A DNA stretch of 64,000 nt from the human T2T-CHM13v2.0 reference genome, Homo sapiens (GCF_009914755.1 NC_060932.1), one strand, 5' to 3'; shown: positions 1-21,586, counted from the first letter of the stretch. Numbers and translations: made by a program. Notes: generated by a model from the letters alone, not told the origin.

Positions 1-1887
1 ACAGAGTGCGCTGAATAAATTTAACTATGGTTATATTTTCACACAGTTGAGTTGGCAGGGAAACCAGATTAAAAAGCCAAAAAGTTTCTCTCCTTCTCTA
101 TCAGATGTTTCCTGACGATACTGTATCCTTGAATAGAATTCTACTGCATTCTGAGTTCAAGTATGAATGTGCATATGGATAACAGGTTTTCATTTTTAAA
201 AGCTCTCAATAGCAGCTTGAAGCACTATTCTTGAATTTATGGTTTTAAGCCGTATCAAAGTACCTAATACCATGTGCATTGCAGGCATTTATTTAATACT
301 TGGATCAAAGAATGTCCAGACTATCTGAATAAATCATCCCTGTAGGAATGAACAGTGCTGCTGGAGTTCGGTTTTATTTAATGTGGTGGCATGTATGCTA
401 AACTACGACTTCAAGAATGTGGCAATTGTGTTCTAAAATCCAAAGTATGTTACACTAATCTAATTGCTAGAATCTCATGCAAGGCTGACTCTAACCCAAC
501 TACTTCCTTCTTCCTGTGCGGCTCAACCCAGACTTTACATGCTAACAGTGCCCTCTACTGTTCAGCAACCAGTCGGTGCTACTAAATCCAATTCATAAAG
601 CTGCAAAATCAGAATTCAGACAACTGGGTTCACTTACCACACAAACGTAGCTTGCATCTGCCTTTATAGGAGAGAGGGCGGCTGTCAAGGAGCGGTCCAT
701 ACTGGGAGGGGCTGAGACTGATTTCTGGGCCACCAATGTGAAGCTGACCAGGATCCCCAGAGAGGAGAGAAAAGCTCGTTGTTGTTTTCCTCTGAAGCAC
801 TAACATCCTACAACCTCCCTTTCTCCACACTGACCTGGTCTTCACCCTTTGTCCTCCCCCTCCTTAAAGTTAGTTGCATCGTCAGCCTTTTCTACCTGAC
901 CCTCATTCCACCTGCCAAACTGTAATTCTCCTTTGGAGAAATCTGGAAACACAAAAGTCCTCAGGATACAGCCTCTTGCCACTAAGCATGGGCAACTGTT
1001 CTGTGACTGCGATTAGATCCTTTAGTTTGTAGCACCTCAACTTTTGTTTTCAAGGCTTTTGAGTATATTCACAGAGGCGCGCAACCATCACCGTAATCTA
1101 ACTTTGAGCATTTTCATCACCCCAAAAAGAAATTCTGAGCCGGGCACAGTGGCTCATGCCAGTCATCCAAGCACTTTGGGAGGCCGAAGTGGGAGTGAGA
1201 GGTGACAGTGTGCTGGCAGTCCTCAGAGCCCTCTCTTGCTCTCGGCGCTTCCTCTGCCTGGGTTCCCACTTTGGCGGCACTTGAGGAGCCCTTCGGCCCG
1301 CCGCTGCACTGTGGGAGCCCCTTTCTGGGCTGGCCAAGGCCAGAGCCGGCTCCCTCAGCTTGCAGGGAGGTGTGGAGGGAGAGGCGCGAGCAGGAACCGG
1401 GGCTGCGAGCAGCGCTTGCGGGCCAGCTGGAGTTCCGGGTGGGCGTGGGCTTGGCGGGCCCCGCGCTCGGAGCGGCCGGCCGGCTCTGCCGGCCCCGGGC
1501 AGTGAGGGGCTTAGCACCCGGGCCAGCGGCTGCGGAGGGTGTACTGCGTCCCCCAGCAGTGCCAGCCCACCGGCGCTGCGCTCGATTTCTCGCCGGGCCT
1601 TAGCTGCCTTCCCACGGGGCAGGCCTCGGGACCGCAGCCCGCCATGCCTGAGCCTTCCCCCGCCTCCGTGGGTTCCTGTGCAGCCCGAGCCTCCCCGACG
1701 AATGCCTGCCCCCTGCTCCACGGCGCCCAGTCCCATCGATCACCCAAGGGCTGAGGAATGCGAGCGCATGGCGCGGGACTGGCAGGCAGCTCCACCTGCA
1801 GGCCCGGTGCGGGATCCACTAGGTGAAGCCAGGTGGGCTCCTGAATCTGGTGGGGACGTGGAGAGTGTTTATATCTAGCTCAGGGAT

Positions 1888-2630
1888 TGTAAACACACCA
1901 ATCAGCACCCTGTGTCTAGCTCAGGGTTTGTGAGTGCACCAATCGACACTCTGTATCTAGCTGCTCTGGTGGGGCCTTGGAGAACCTTTATGTCTAGCTC
2001 AGGGATTGTAAACACACCAATCAGCACCCTGTGTCTAGCTCAGGGTTTGTGAGTGCACCAATCGACACTCTGTATCTAGCTGCTCTGGTGGGGCCTTGGA
2101 GAACCTTTATGTCTAGCTCAGGGATTGTAAACACACCAGTCAGCACCCTGTGTTTAGCTCAAGGTTTGTGAGTGCACCAATCAACACTGTGTATCTAGCT
2201 GCTCTGGTGGGGCCTTGGAGAACCTTTATGTCTAGCTCAGGGATTGTAAACACACTAATCAGCACCCTGTGTTTAGCTCAGGGTTTGTGAGTGCACCAAT
2301 CGACACTCTGTATCTAGCTGCTCTGGTGGGGCCTTGGAGAACCTTTATGTCTAGCTCAGGGATTGTAAATACACCAATCAGCACTCTGTATCTAGCCCAA
2401 GGTTTGTAAACACACCAATCAGCACCCTGTGTTTAGCTCAAGGTTTGTGAGTGCACCAATTGACACTGTGTATCTAGCTGCTCTGGTGGGGCCTTGGAGA
2501 ACCTTTGTGTGGATACTCTGTATCTAACTAATCTGATGGGGACGTGGAGAACAGTTATATCTAGCTCAGGGATTGTAAACGCACCAATCAGCACCCTGTC
2601 AAAATAGACCACTTGGCTCTACCAATCAGT
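1888..2630 (+). repeat. LTR12C U3 enhancer tandem array (119-bp period built of ~40-bp subunits)
   Basis: 'tgtaaa(c/t)acac' recurs at 1888, 2007, 2126, 2245 and 2364 (119-bp spacing), then 2405. About 11 CCAAT boxes and many 'tatctagct' GATA-containing motifs. Confidence 0.93.
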
Positions 2631-2700
2631 GGGATGCGGGTGGGGCCAGATAAGAGAATAAAAGCAGGCTGCCCGAGCCAGCAGTGGCAACCCGCTCGGG
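2615..2700 (+). promoter_or_regulatory. LTR12 core promoter (CCAAT, GC/GT box, AATAAAA TATA-like box)
   Basis: 'accaatcag...gcgggtggggccagataagagaataaaagcaggctgcccgagcc' matches the known ERV9 LTR promoter layout. Confidence 0.7.
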
Positions 2701-3037
2701 TCCCTTTCCACGCTGTGGAAGCTGTGTTCTTTTGTTCTTTGCAATAAATCTTGCTGCTGCTCAGTCTTTGGGTCCACACTGCTTTTATGAGCTGTATGTA
2801 ACACTCACCGCGAAGATCTGCAGCTTCACTCCTGAGCCCAGCGAGACCACGAGCCCACCGGGAGGAACGAACAACTCCAGACACGCTGCTTTAAGAGCTG
2901 TAACACTCTCCACAAAGGTCTGCAGCTTCACTCCTGAGCCAGTGAGACTACGAACCCACCAGAAGGAAGAAACTCCGAACACATCTGAACAGCAGAAGGG
3001 AAAGACTCCAGATGCACCGCCTTAAGAGCTGTAACAC

Positions 3038-3573
<536 letters not shown>

Positions 3574-4122
3574 TTACTTGAACCCAAGAGGTCAAGGCTG
3601 CAGTGAGCCCTGGCAGCACCGCTGTAGTCCAGCCTGGGTGACAGAATGAGACTGTCTCAAAAAATAAAAAAATTTTGTACCGATTAGTATCCACTTTCCA
3701 TTCTCCTACCCATTGCCCATCCCTGAACAACCATTAATCTACTTGGTGTTTATAAATTTGACAATTCTAGACATTTTGTATAGATTGAGTCATATAATAT
3801 GTGGCCTTTTGTGAATGGCTTGTTTCACTAACAATGATTCAAAGTTGTAGCATATATGAGTATTTCATTCCTTTTCATTGCTGAATAATATTCCATTGTA
3901 TGAATATGCCATATTTTACTTACCCATTTGCCAGTTGGTGGACATTTGGGTTGTTTCCACTTTTTGGCTATTATAAGTAATGCTGCTGTAAGTGTTAATA
4001 TGCAAGTTTTTGTGTAGACTTACATTTTCACTTCTCTTCAGTAGATATCTAGGGATGGAATTACTGGTTCATATGGTAAGAAAACTTCGTATCCCACCCC
4101 CAACTAAGAATAAAGATTAACA

Positions 4123-4454
<332 letters not shown>

Positions 4455-4712
4455 TTACGTTATCCTGATGACTGCTAAATACAGTCTTAATAGGATTATG
4501 ATGAAGAGGTATTTAACAAATGATTCAGCCTTGATTCTTCAGGACCAAGAGCCCAGGTCTGATCTCTTTTTTTCTTGACAGTTCTAAGCATGGCCACCAG
4601 CATAAGTGTTACACAATCCTTCAAAGCATATTTTTCTAGCCCACTACGTAGAGTCACTCTCACTTGGAATTTTATTATTTCTAAGCTTTCCTAGAAGCAG
4701 GCAGAGTAGTAA

Positions 4713-5037
<325 letters not shown>

Positions 5038-5487
5038 CAGTCATCCCTATTATATGATTTGTGAGGTTTTGTTTTTTCAAAGCCATAATATCCTATTAGT
5101 TAAATAATCAAGTAGAAATACCTCTTGAGCATTGACTCTCCACACAGTAAAGTGGCAACAACAGAAGAGGTAAGACAGAGCTCCTGTCCTGGAGGAGTTT
5201 ATAAGCCTGTTGGGAAGAAAACTAAAATTGCAACTCAAAATATCACATAAGTGTACAAACATTTTCAGCAAGTCATTGTCTATAGAGCAGTGATAGCCAA
5301 CGTTTCCAAGTCAAAGCAAACATAGACTATGAACATATTTCTATGGACACTGGGATGAACAAAGGGGCCTGCTGAGGAGAGGCCCCTGGCCTGCGATGGC
5401 CAGGCACCCCCACCTCCCTGATCTCACTACCACCTCTCACTGATAACCTATTGGGGCACATCCCAGTGGCAGCACACTTGTGGAAAT

Positions 5488-5792
5488 CTTTTTTTTTTTT
5501 TTTTTTTTTTTTTTTGATACAGAGTTTTGCTCTTGTCACCCAGGCTGGAGTTCAATGGTGCTATCTTAGCTCACTGCAACCTCCGCCTCCCGGGTTCAAG
5601 CAATTGTCATGCCTCCTGAGTAGCTGGAATTACAGGAACCCGCCACCACGCCCGGTTAATTTTTGTATTTTTAGTAGAGATGGGGTTTCACCATGTTGAC
5701 CAGGCTGGTCTTGAGCTCCTGACCTCAGGTGATCCACCCACCTTGGCCTCCCAAAGTGCGGGTATTACAGGCGTGAGCCACCGCGCCTGGCC
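5488..5792 (-). mobile_element. AluS-like
   Basis: Antisense dimer, long T tract, TSD 'acttgtggaaatct'. Confidence 0.9.
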
Positions 5793-6611
5793 AACTTGTG
5801 GAAATCTCTAGTTCACAGGATAACTTCCAAACATTTTTGCATGGCATTCAAGGCTCTCACAAACTGGCCTTAATCTACCTTTCCAACCATTTCTCCCATG
5901 AGCCCTCCACACCTAACAACCTGTCAGCTCACTGTCTTCAGAACATTCTGGGTACCCTCCCTGAAATGCGTTACCCTCCCCAAAATGAGCCCTCAGTCAA
6001 TATTTATTCACTGGTTGATTCTCATCCCTACACTTTCTCTCACATAACTCTCATCAACTATTCAAATCCCTTCAAGTCCTCATCAAGTCCCCTGTCCCGG
6101 AGAGGCCTTCTCTGTCCCCTCCAGCCCACAGGAGTTGTTTCTTTCTCTGCATGCTCATGCTCATGTCTTTTAGTATTGACTCAACATCTTTGACCTGTGA
6201 CAATACATAGCCTCATAGTTATTAAACTTTCAAGGGTATAACTGTGGCCTGCCCAGCCAGAGCCTAGACCAGCTCCTTTTGAGCATACATCGTGTCTCCA
6301 GCTGGGTGTCCATAGCACCTTCAGAAAGCCTGGGTAAAAGGATCAGGGAAGGGGGCTGGCCTAGACAGGTGCTTAGTGCAATGCTACCCCATTGCCATAC
6401 AATCTGCTTTTCACCTATTACCCATTTCTTCAGTGCTTAGGTATTTACGTGCTTTCTCAGAACCTTTAAACAAAACCAAAACACCGTCTTGACAGAATAA
6501 CATAAATTGAAACTATCCTGGACTGAACCAGGGTGTAAAGGTGACTATATTAACCCACAGAAGGCTGGGGCAGAGTACAAATTAACAGGCCCGTCTGTAT
6601 GCTCAGCAGTA

Positions 6612-6700
6612 GCAGAAGGAGAAGGAGAGAGAGGGTGAGAGGGAGGAGGAAGAGGGAGAAAAGGGAAAAGAGGGAGAGTAGGGGGAGGAAGAAGAAGAGA
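6612..6700 (+). repeat. Polypurine (GA-rich) low-complexity tract next to an antisense Alu monomer (6697-6814)
   Basis: ~90 nt almost exclusively A/G. Confidence 0.8.
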
Positions 6701-7008
6701 GACAGAGTTTCACCATGTTGCCCAGGCTGGTCCCAAACTCCTGGGCTCAAGCAGTCTGCCTGCCTTGGCCTCCTGAAGTGCTGGGATTACAGGTTTGAGC
6801 CATGGTGCCCAGCCTAGCAATTTGTTTTCCTACTTACTGATTCCAAAATCTGCCCAGAATGCACCTGCGATCCTGGTACCTGGAACCACAGGCTGGCCAC
6901 CCCAATCCTAATGGCACCTGTGATCAACAGCTTCTCTTTTCTAGAAACACGGCCAAAAAGGTGTTAGATCAAGAAGGAAATTATGGACTTTTGAAAACAG
7001 AGAAAAAG

Positions 7009-7642
<634 letters not shown>

Positions 7643-9279
7643 TCATTTGTGAATGTTCCAGTGCTTTCTGTGGGCCATGCATTGTGGCAAAACCATGACC
7701 AATGTGAAGAGGAGCCTTCAGCCAGCTCACAGTGCAGGGGAGTGGGGAGGTGAAAACAACAAGGAGACATTTTAGCTGGGGAAGAATAGCACCAAGAGAG
7801 CGACCCCTCACCTTTGTACTTTAAATGTGTTCCACTTCATTGAATGGGGGAAATGAGCCTGGCAGAAGTTGGAGATGAGACTAGTACAGTGTGGCCTCTG
7901 CACCCAGGGCTTGGAGTTAGAAGAGGGATGGGTGTTCTGGATCCACAGCAGTTGATGGAACTTGTGCCCTCCCCTGCCCATCCCCCAGCTGCGTTGGAAA
8001 TGCCACCACACTGGGATCCCTGGCTAACACAGCTGAGTGAGACACTGAGGGAAGTAGCAACCCACCCTCCCATCTCGAGGAAATGTTGCTTTATGGTGCA
8101 CGAGTGGTGGTGGCTGCAGTGGAGCAGGAGGCTTAGCCTGAGCATCATTCCATTTTGCCAGATTTCAGTAGCCGCATCAGAGCTCTGGTTTCAGTAACCA
8201 TGGTGTCAGCTGTGGGACTCTGGAGGCATCCAGCACGAGGAGTGTAGACTCTTCCAGCCTCAGTTCCGGCTTCTGTAAGTGAGGTAAGTGTATCTGGGGC
8301 TACCCCTTCGGATATACATGTGCATTCCTGGCACTCAGGTTCATAGCAGGGGAGTGGCCTCTGTCAAGGGTGAAGAAGCCCATCAAGGAAGATGGGACAC
8401 CATGTGGAATGACATCATTTATACCCCAAGCAAAGGAAGCAGGATGTGTGGATAACATATATATATAAATATAAAATATTACATTACAATATAACATAAT
8501 CAGTGTAATAACAAATATGTATAGGACACTGTGGGTGGACCTAATCAAGGCCCTGTGTACAACTAACCAAGTTGACACTGCACATCTCCAAGCCACAGAA
8601 CTGTGCAGTGTCTAAGGTGGCCCTGTACCTAACCAGTTATATGTTATTAGCCCCATGTTAAGAGGCAGTGGCATATTGTAGTGGACACTATGCACATTTA
8701 AAAGTATCTGCTGTGTGATCTTGGGCAAATTCTAATTGACGTTCTGTAAAATGGGAATATTACCTATTTTAATGTATTGTCGCATTGTGATAATACATGC
8801 AATGGCTTACCCAGCACTATTTCAGATACATAGTAAATTATTTTTAAAATGTTAGCAGATGTATTTAAGCACAGGGAAACAAACCCAGAAAGAATGATTT
8901 GACCACATCAAAACCAATGACAAAAGTGAAGCCCGAGCCTGAATCTTCTGATTTTCTATCCACCAGTGGGTTTTCTCCCAAGGAAGCAATTCCCAAGACA
9001 AGAATTGTTTGAGAAAACTGCAACTGGATTTGCCTATACATGCAGCAGTAAACTTCAGTGAGCACCTGACCCTATTTTCAGGAGCAGCAGAAAGGCACAT
9101 TTACCCCACACAGGTAAGAAGTGGTTTTCCTCCTCTGTAGCCCTCCTTTCTCCGGCCTTCCATTGGAGATCGGAAAGTCTTAGGAAAATGAGAGAGTATG
9201 GGTCACTATTTTCTATTTTCAAGTTTTCAGATCTTTAATCTGCAAATTTAGGTGATCCCAGCTCCGGAAAGAGCATCAC

Positions 9280-9590
<311 letters not shown>

Positions 9591-10194
9591 ACTTTTGACT
9601 TTTTTGACCAGCAAGCTTCCATCTGGAGCCTAGGCTCTCTTCTTTAGGTGCCCACAGCCCCAGGGGTGCACAGGCTGCTGAGCAGCTGCGGGCCCGCGGG
9701 GCTGGGAGCCCACCAGGGCCGCGTGTCCTGTGTGGCGCACAGTCCCAGTCATCCTAGGAGGCAGCCCTGAGTTCACACCTTCTCGTTCCTCTTTGTCAGA
9801 GCTCGGTTAGTGAGTGGGACACTAAAATAGCACTGCAAACATAATGAGAAAATGAAAACTGAGTTTACCAGAACTGCTTTCAGAGAAAGAGCTGGAAGCA
9901 TTGGAGGGAATTCTTTGATAAGCTGCTTTGAGATGTGGTGGTGGGGGTGATACTCTCATGGGGGCAAACCTAATCTGTAACAGCAAAAGATCACCAAGCT
10001 GCCTTCCAAAAATGTCCCTGGATTGCAAGGCTGTGTTTTCCCAAGAGAATGGAAATTTGCCTTCAAAGGAGAGTTTGGTCACTGTCCCCAGGGAGGCTTC
10101 TTCGCAGTCTTTCAACATTCGGCAGGAAACCTATCAGTGTCCGGGTGACTACCTATTAACCTGCCCTGATTATTAACTGTGCCCAGGTCGAGAC

Positions 10195-10465
10195 AGCATC
10201 AGGGTTGTGGTTCTACCAGGCCGTCTCTTTGCAGTCCTCGGCTTCTGTCAAAGTTGAACGCCATCCACCTCCCTTTTGGTTCCAGCCACAGAGGCGTGCC
10301 TTCCACAGAGGCGTGCTCCGCAGCGCCGCCCTCCAGCACTCCGCGCATCGGCCCAGGGTGCTGCCTGGCTCCCAGGCGCCGCCCTGCGGCCCCGCGCGTC
10401 CGCCTTTCCCTTCAGCCAGCCCCTGTGCTTCCCAGGACTCTGCTCTGGGCTCTGTCCTCCGCTCA
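10195..10465. promoter_or_regulatory. Small non-repeat CpG-rich patch, candidate regulatory element (second patch at ~9685-9740)
   Basis: Locally dense CpG ('gcagcgccgccctcc', 'ggcgccgccctgcggcccgcgcgtccgcc') against a CpG-depleted background. Confidence 0.5.
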
Positions 10466-10708
10466 GGATTGAGAGTCAGGGAATACAGAGAGTCTCTAGC
10501 CACTGTTGTTGGAGAGACCGACAAGGAGATGTCTCAAATGCCTTCGGGTTCTCTTCCCTTTTTTCTTCTACCACGGCTGCAGGCTGAGAGAGAGTCTCAA
10601 TGACAAGAATATTGTGATTCAAGGGAAGCTTCAGTCAAGGGTAGGGAGGAAATACAGCAGAACACTGGAGAGAAAAAGAAATAATCTGGCATTAAAAATC
10701 AAGTTGCT

Positions 10709-12130
<1,422 letters not shown>

Positions 12131-12880
12131 ATAAATATATATGTGTATATATATAATATACATATATATTATATAGCCCTTTCTTTTGGAACTTGGAATT
12201 CTTCAAATTATATTTTGATTTTTTTTTCATGTACTGGCACTATACATATTTGGATTTGGCACCTGCTATCTTTATTTATAATTCAGGATCCCAAACTCTT
12301 TGTCAGCTTTGCTTGCCTGTGAATTTCCACCAAAATACTAGTCATTAGGAGGCAGAGATACTATGATTGATGATAAAGTAATGTGCTCTCTCTCCAAATC
12401 TGCATAGAAAGCATCCTCCTTTAGCTCCCTGGCTACCTTTTTTCTGTACTATAAAACATTATAACCTTTAGCTATGCCTATAAGAATCACTCATTTATAT
12501 CTAGTTTTCTGCCTACTTCCAACCAAAACTTTATGATCTAAATTATTTTCATTGAATTTTTGTGCTGCATTCCTTACTCCTACAGCCTTGAAATCAAGAT
12601 TCCCAACTTATTTTCTATTCCATTTAAAAACGATTTGATTCTTTCCCTGGCTGTCTTGGGTCACACTGATCTGATTTCACCCCTGTCTGTGTCACCTCAT
12701 AATTTATGATAAGAAGGAAACTAGTAGAAGTGTTTCCATTTTTAACAGGCTGGGGACAACTATTTGCCTGAGCTGAAATTAACATCACTTCATTAGAAAT
12801 ACAGTTTTAAAATCACAGTGAAAGGCAAGAGCAAAGACAAGATTTTAAAAATATGCCTTCCCTATAGAAATTCAGATGGT

Positions 12881-16388
<3,508 letters not shown>

Positions 16389-18059
16389 GTGTGCATAGAC
16401 ATTACAAGACTGCTTACTATATCTAAAACCCCGTGATAGAGAAATTAGATAGGTTATGTAAAAACAAGAGGGAACATTCAGTTCTGGGGTTGAAGATTTA
16501 TATGGTCAGAGAAGGGGAAATTGTGCAAAAGCACAATCCACTGAGCTTTGCACAGGAAAGATCTTATCGGGGAGCCCCGTGTTTAGTCAGGCTGTAACTC
16601 AGCTGTGCCTTATAATATTTTATGGATCTGTTTCCTCAAGGATAACAGCATGTCACAAACAGATAACATAACCCTGCATGATCCAGGGAAGGCTAACAGA
16701 GTAAGGTGTTGGTATTATCAGTCTGTCATGCTTTTTAAAAAACACTTCAGAGTCTGCTTTGGTTATTTTATGTTTTCTGACAGGTTATTTCTTCAAAATG
16801 CCTGTCACCATTTTCAAATTCAATAAAAGCATATTAAAGAGTGTCTTGCTTTTCGGAAGGAACGTAGCCAGCAGAAGTAACAAATGGGAGGTGGGAATTC
16901 AGAGGTATTGGCTGGGTCTGTACCGGTCGCTCTGCTGTTCATAATGCAACAATGCACTCAAGGCCTGTGTGTTACCAACGTATTTCCTACTTGTTAACTC
17001 TGAGTCTTGAGAAGAGCCAGCTTTTTAAGTCAGCTAGCAGCTGGGCTTGTCAAACTGAGCAATCCCTTTCTGATTTAAACCCAATTGTAGGATGCATAGT
17101 CATCTTTGGTAGTTGGGAACTACTGTAAAGTTTTCAAGACTTAATTGGAATTGAAGTGGTTCCAGCCGCTCTGCTCACTAGCAGCCTAAGAACCTGTGCC
17201 TGTCCCTGGAGGAGGAAAGCAGTAGGAGGTAAGGAAACACATGTCCCTTCCGGCTTCCTAGGGGAGTAAGTAAGCAACAGGCTGTCCAAGGGCTGTCTGA
17301 GGGGCTCTGACAATGTGAAGACACTGCCTTAGCCATTCAGAGATGGCAACATCCTCCCGACCTCAAACACAAAGGGTAGCCTCTTCCTCTATAGAGGTAA
17401 TCCAATATTCCCCATCCTGCAGATGACTTGGCAGGAACCACGCACGAAGGATTCTCCAGAGCTCCTCTTCCCTTCTCCGTAGAAATGACAGTTTACTGCG
17501 AAAGCACAAGGAAGTCCACATATTCTCTAACATGATGAGATTTGGCCAGCAAAATAATTTTTTAAATGTCTTAAATTTGTAAGAACAGTAGAAGACTGCC
17601 AAAAATACTCCTGCACATGGCAGGAGCTGAAGGGTCTTTGTTTTTTCCCTCTTAAGGGTACTCTTAAAGATCAAGGACCATCAGATTCTGCAAATCCATG
17701 TAAATACATACACAGGTATCCTTTCGTCAGTATGCCCTGCTAGAGGCATTTGGGTATTGTAAATAATCTCACAACAAAATAGAGATGATCATTGACATGG
17801 CATGCCAACCAAGACATCCTGCAATGATTATCCGTCTTACTCTTCCTGGGCAGCCTTATATGGTGGTGAGAGACAGGTTTTGGGTTCCAAAAGGCAGATA
17901 ATTAAATCCTTGCTATCTGGATTATTCACTCACTTGGGCACAGTTCACTTCAACTGACTTTGGGCTAAATACCTCTCAGAGCCTGTAAAATGGGAATAAT
18001 AATATTTTTATTTTTATTTCATTTATTTTATTATTTATTTATTTATTTATTTGAGATGA

Positions 18060-18357
<298 letters not shown>

Positions 18358-18387
18358 TGAAAACATTCATAGGTTTAAATTATGTGA

Positions 18388-18708
<321 letters not shown>

Positions 18709-19718
18709 TGAGTCATCGTGCCCGGCGTCCAGTTTTATTTTTTTCATGGCATTTATTACTGTCTGAAATGACCTAAGTGCTGTTTATTTTCTGTCGCTTG
18801 CTCCTCCTTCCCCAACGTAAGCTCCTTGACAGCAGGAACCTGGACTGCTGCCTTTGTTCGGTGTTGTTCCCCCTTTAAGTGGGACAGTGCTTGTATATTG
18901 TAACTGCTCAGTAAATATTTATGGAATGAATAAAGGTGAAGTGAATGCATTTGTAAAGCACATAACAGGGGCTCAGGGATTGTTGGTTTTTTCCCCTCTG
19001 AAAGGTTTAGGTTTACCTCTGCATTGGTTGTAGCAGTGTAGTATGGAAATGACCTGGACTGCAACATGGCACAGGCAATGGAATTCAACAGCATCCTCTT
19101 TATTCAGGCCAGGAAGACCTTTTCTAGATTCTTCAACATCTTACAAAGAAGGCTTTCTGAGCTATTATCATCTGCATGGCCTGGATAAGAATTCAGCTTT
19201 AGGTTCAAGGTCACCTGTTGGTTAGTTGGCTTTCTCATTGTGGGTCCATTTCTGAAGCTGTTTTGCCCTCTTGTGTCATCCTGGATGTCCTGGATAAAAT
19301 TCTCCAGTTGTGGTGATGGTCATTCAATAGGTGGCAGTCTCTCCCAGAACACTGTCATTCTTCACAGCCCAGATGTCATACCTGATAAATCATTAGACTA
19401 TAGTTAGGTGAATAGCAGAGCAACAGCTACAACATAGTCATGCTGATTATTTTGTAACATTTCTTTCCCTCCCATACACCAGATCCCACTCCCTACTCTC
19501 ATTTTCTTACCTCTTTTAGAATTTGACCAATGTTCCATTACCTTGTACTTACAGAAGACATGTTGACCCTTTTCCTAAGATGAATGAGGAACAGAAGGGA
19601 GACATTCATTCAAATTTCTGTGCTTGAAGTCAATTTTGATGATTTCCTTCATTCATCCACTTATTCATTTATTTGTGAAACTTTTACTGTGGCCAGCATA
19701 TATCTTTTTGTCATTTAG

Positions 19719-19931
<213 letters not shown>

Positions 19932-20518
19932 TAGCCAGGCTGGTCTCAAACTCCTGACCTTGTGATCCGCCCACCTCAACCACCCAAAGTGCTGGGATTA
20001 CAGGTGTGAGCCACCACACCTGGCCTGTTTACTGATATAATAGTTACACATATTCTGGAGGTACGTGTGATATTTTAATGTATACATGCACATGTATATA
20101 ATATGTGAAGATCAGATTAGAGTGATTGGGATACCCATCACCTCAAATATTTCTCTTTTCTTCCAATACCTCTCTTAGTGGTAAGAACAGACTTGTTTTG
20201 GGGAAGGGTAGACTTAGAAATGGGAACCAAGGTTTGAAGCTTGGATCTGCTACTCATTGACTTTGGCAAATTTCTTAACCTCTCAGAGCCACAATTCCTC
20301 ATCTGTGGAAAGGGAATGATAATATTAATAGTGCTTATTGCTGACTCTACAGAAATAAATAAATAAATAATAAAACAAAGCTAATAGTACTTATAAGATT
20401 GTTTCAAGGATTAAATGAATTATTATTTATAACATACAGTAATATTAAATTAGGATTTATTAAATACTAGCTATCTAATACTTTGATAATGACTTGCTTA
20501 ATTTTTCAAATGGACATA

Positions 20519-20686
20519 GCAGTATTTTTTATATTGGACATAAATATATTGCATATTTTCCCCCATTTTAACATCTCTGAAATCAGAATGGGATGTCATA
20601 ATTTGGCAACATTTTTTCTCTCTCAGTGATACACATAATAGTTATTCATCTTAAAACTGATAACATTGGGTTTGATGAAATATTGC
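20519..20686. mobile_element. Possible MER104/Kanga-like Tc2 DNA transposon relic
   Basis: 'catttaacatctctgaaatcag' and terminal 'tttgatgaaatattg' resemble the recalled MER104 consensus; strongly degraded. Confidence 0.4.
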
Positions 20687-20827
20687 AATTACAAATAACA
20701 TCTTTTGGCCAGGCACAGTGACTCATGCCTGTAATCCCAGCACTTGGGGAGGCTGAGGTGGGTGGATCACCTGAGGTCAGGAGTTCGAGACCAGCCTAGC
20801 CAACAGGGTGAAACCCTGTCTCTACTA

Positions 20828-21049
<222 letters not shown>

Positions 21050-21099
21050 TTACTGGTCCCTTCCTATCAGGTTCCAGGTGTGCTCAAATTTTGCTAACT

Positions 21100-21129
21100 G
21101 AGAGAGAGAGAGCGAGAGCGAGAGAGAGA
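21100..21129 (+). repeat. (GA)n microsatellite, interrupted
   Basis: gagagagagagagcgagagcgagagagaga. Confidence 0.85.
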
Positions 21130-21586
21130 TAATTATTTGCACCTGAGTAGATGACTGCCTGGACTGGAATAAAGGGAAAAAGCCCCCCCAGAGGGTCTGA
21201 GTAGAGCTTGGAGGCCTCAGGAGAGTGAGTTTCAATCTGTCTTCATTCCCATCTCCTCTGGAAATGGCACACACACAGTCTCATCAGTGACAGCTCCACC
21301 AATGAGGAGGTGCAGGGAAGGAAAGAGCCTTCCGGAATGAAGCTTGGTTACTCCTATGATTGTGTTCTGGTGAAGCCTGGGCTTAAACTGAGAACTGGAT
21401 GGCCTTTCAGGAAGGGTCTTCTCAAGCCCTGGGTTGAGGGTCACAATTAGAGGGGCTGGGCCTGGTACCCCACAAGGCAGGCCAAAGTCACTGCCACAAT
21501 AAGGTCTATGAACAAACAGCATTCTCAGGTTCCACACGGTCATCAGCTCACAGTGAGTGCTGTATGGAATGTCACATGTCAGTATT

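Noticed and set aside
1098-1878. Overlapping 100-212 aa ORFs
   Set aside because: They lie in the GC-rich U3 of LTR12C, where stop codons are scarce; no recognisable protein.
1888-2510. Regular repeat array resembling CRISPR
   Set aside because: Units are contiguous with no unique spacers; this is the known LTR12 enhancer repeat in eukaryotic DNA.
19080-19400. Minus-strand stretch with an open frame ending near AATAAA, a possible decayed pseudogene
   Set aside because: Translation not recognisable; no tail or TSD. Needs tblastx to decide.
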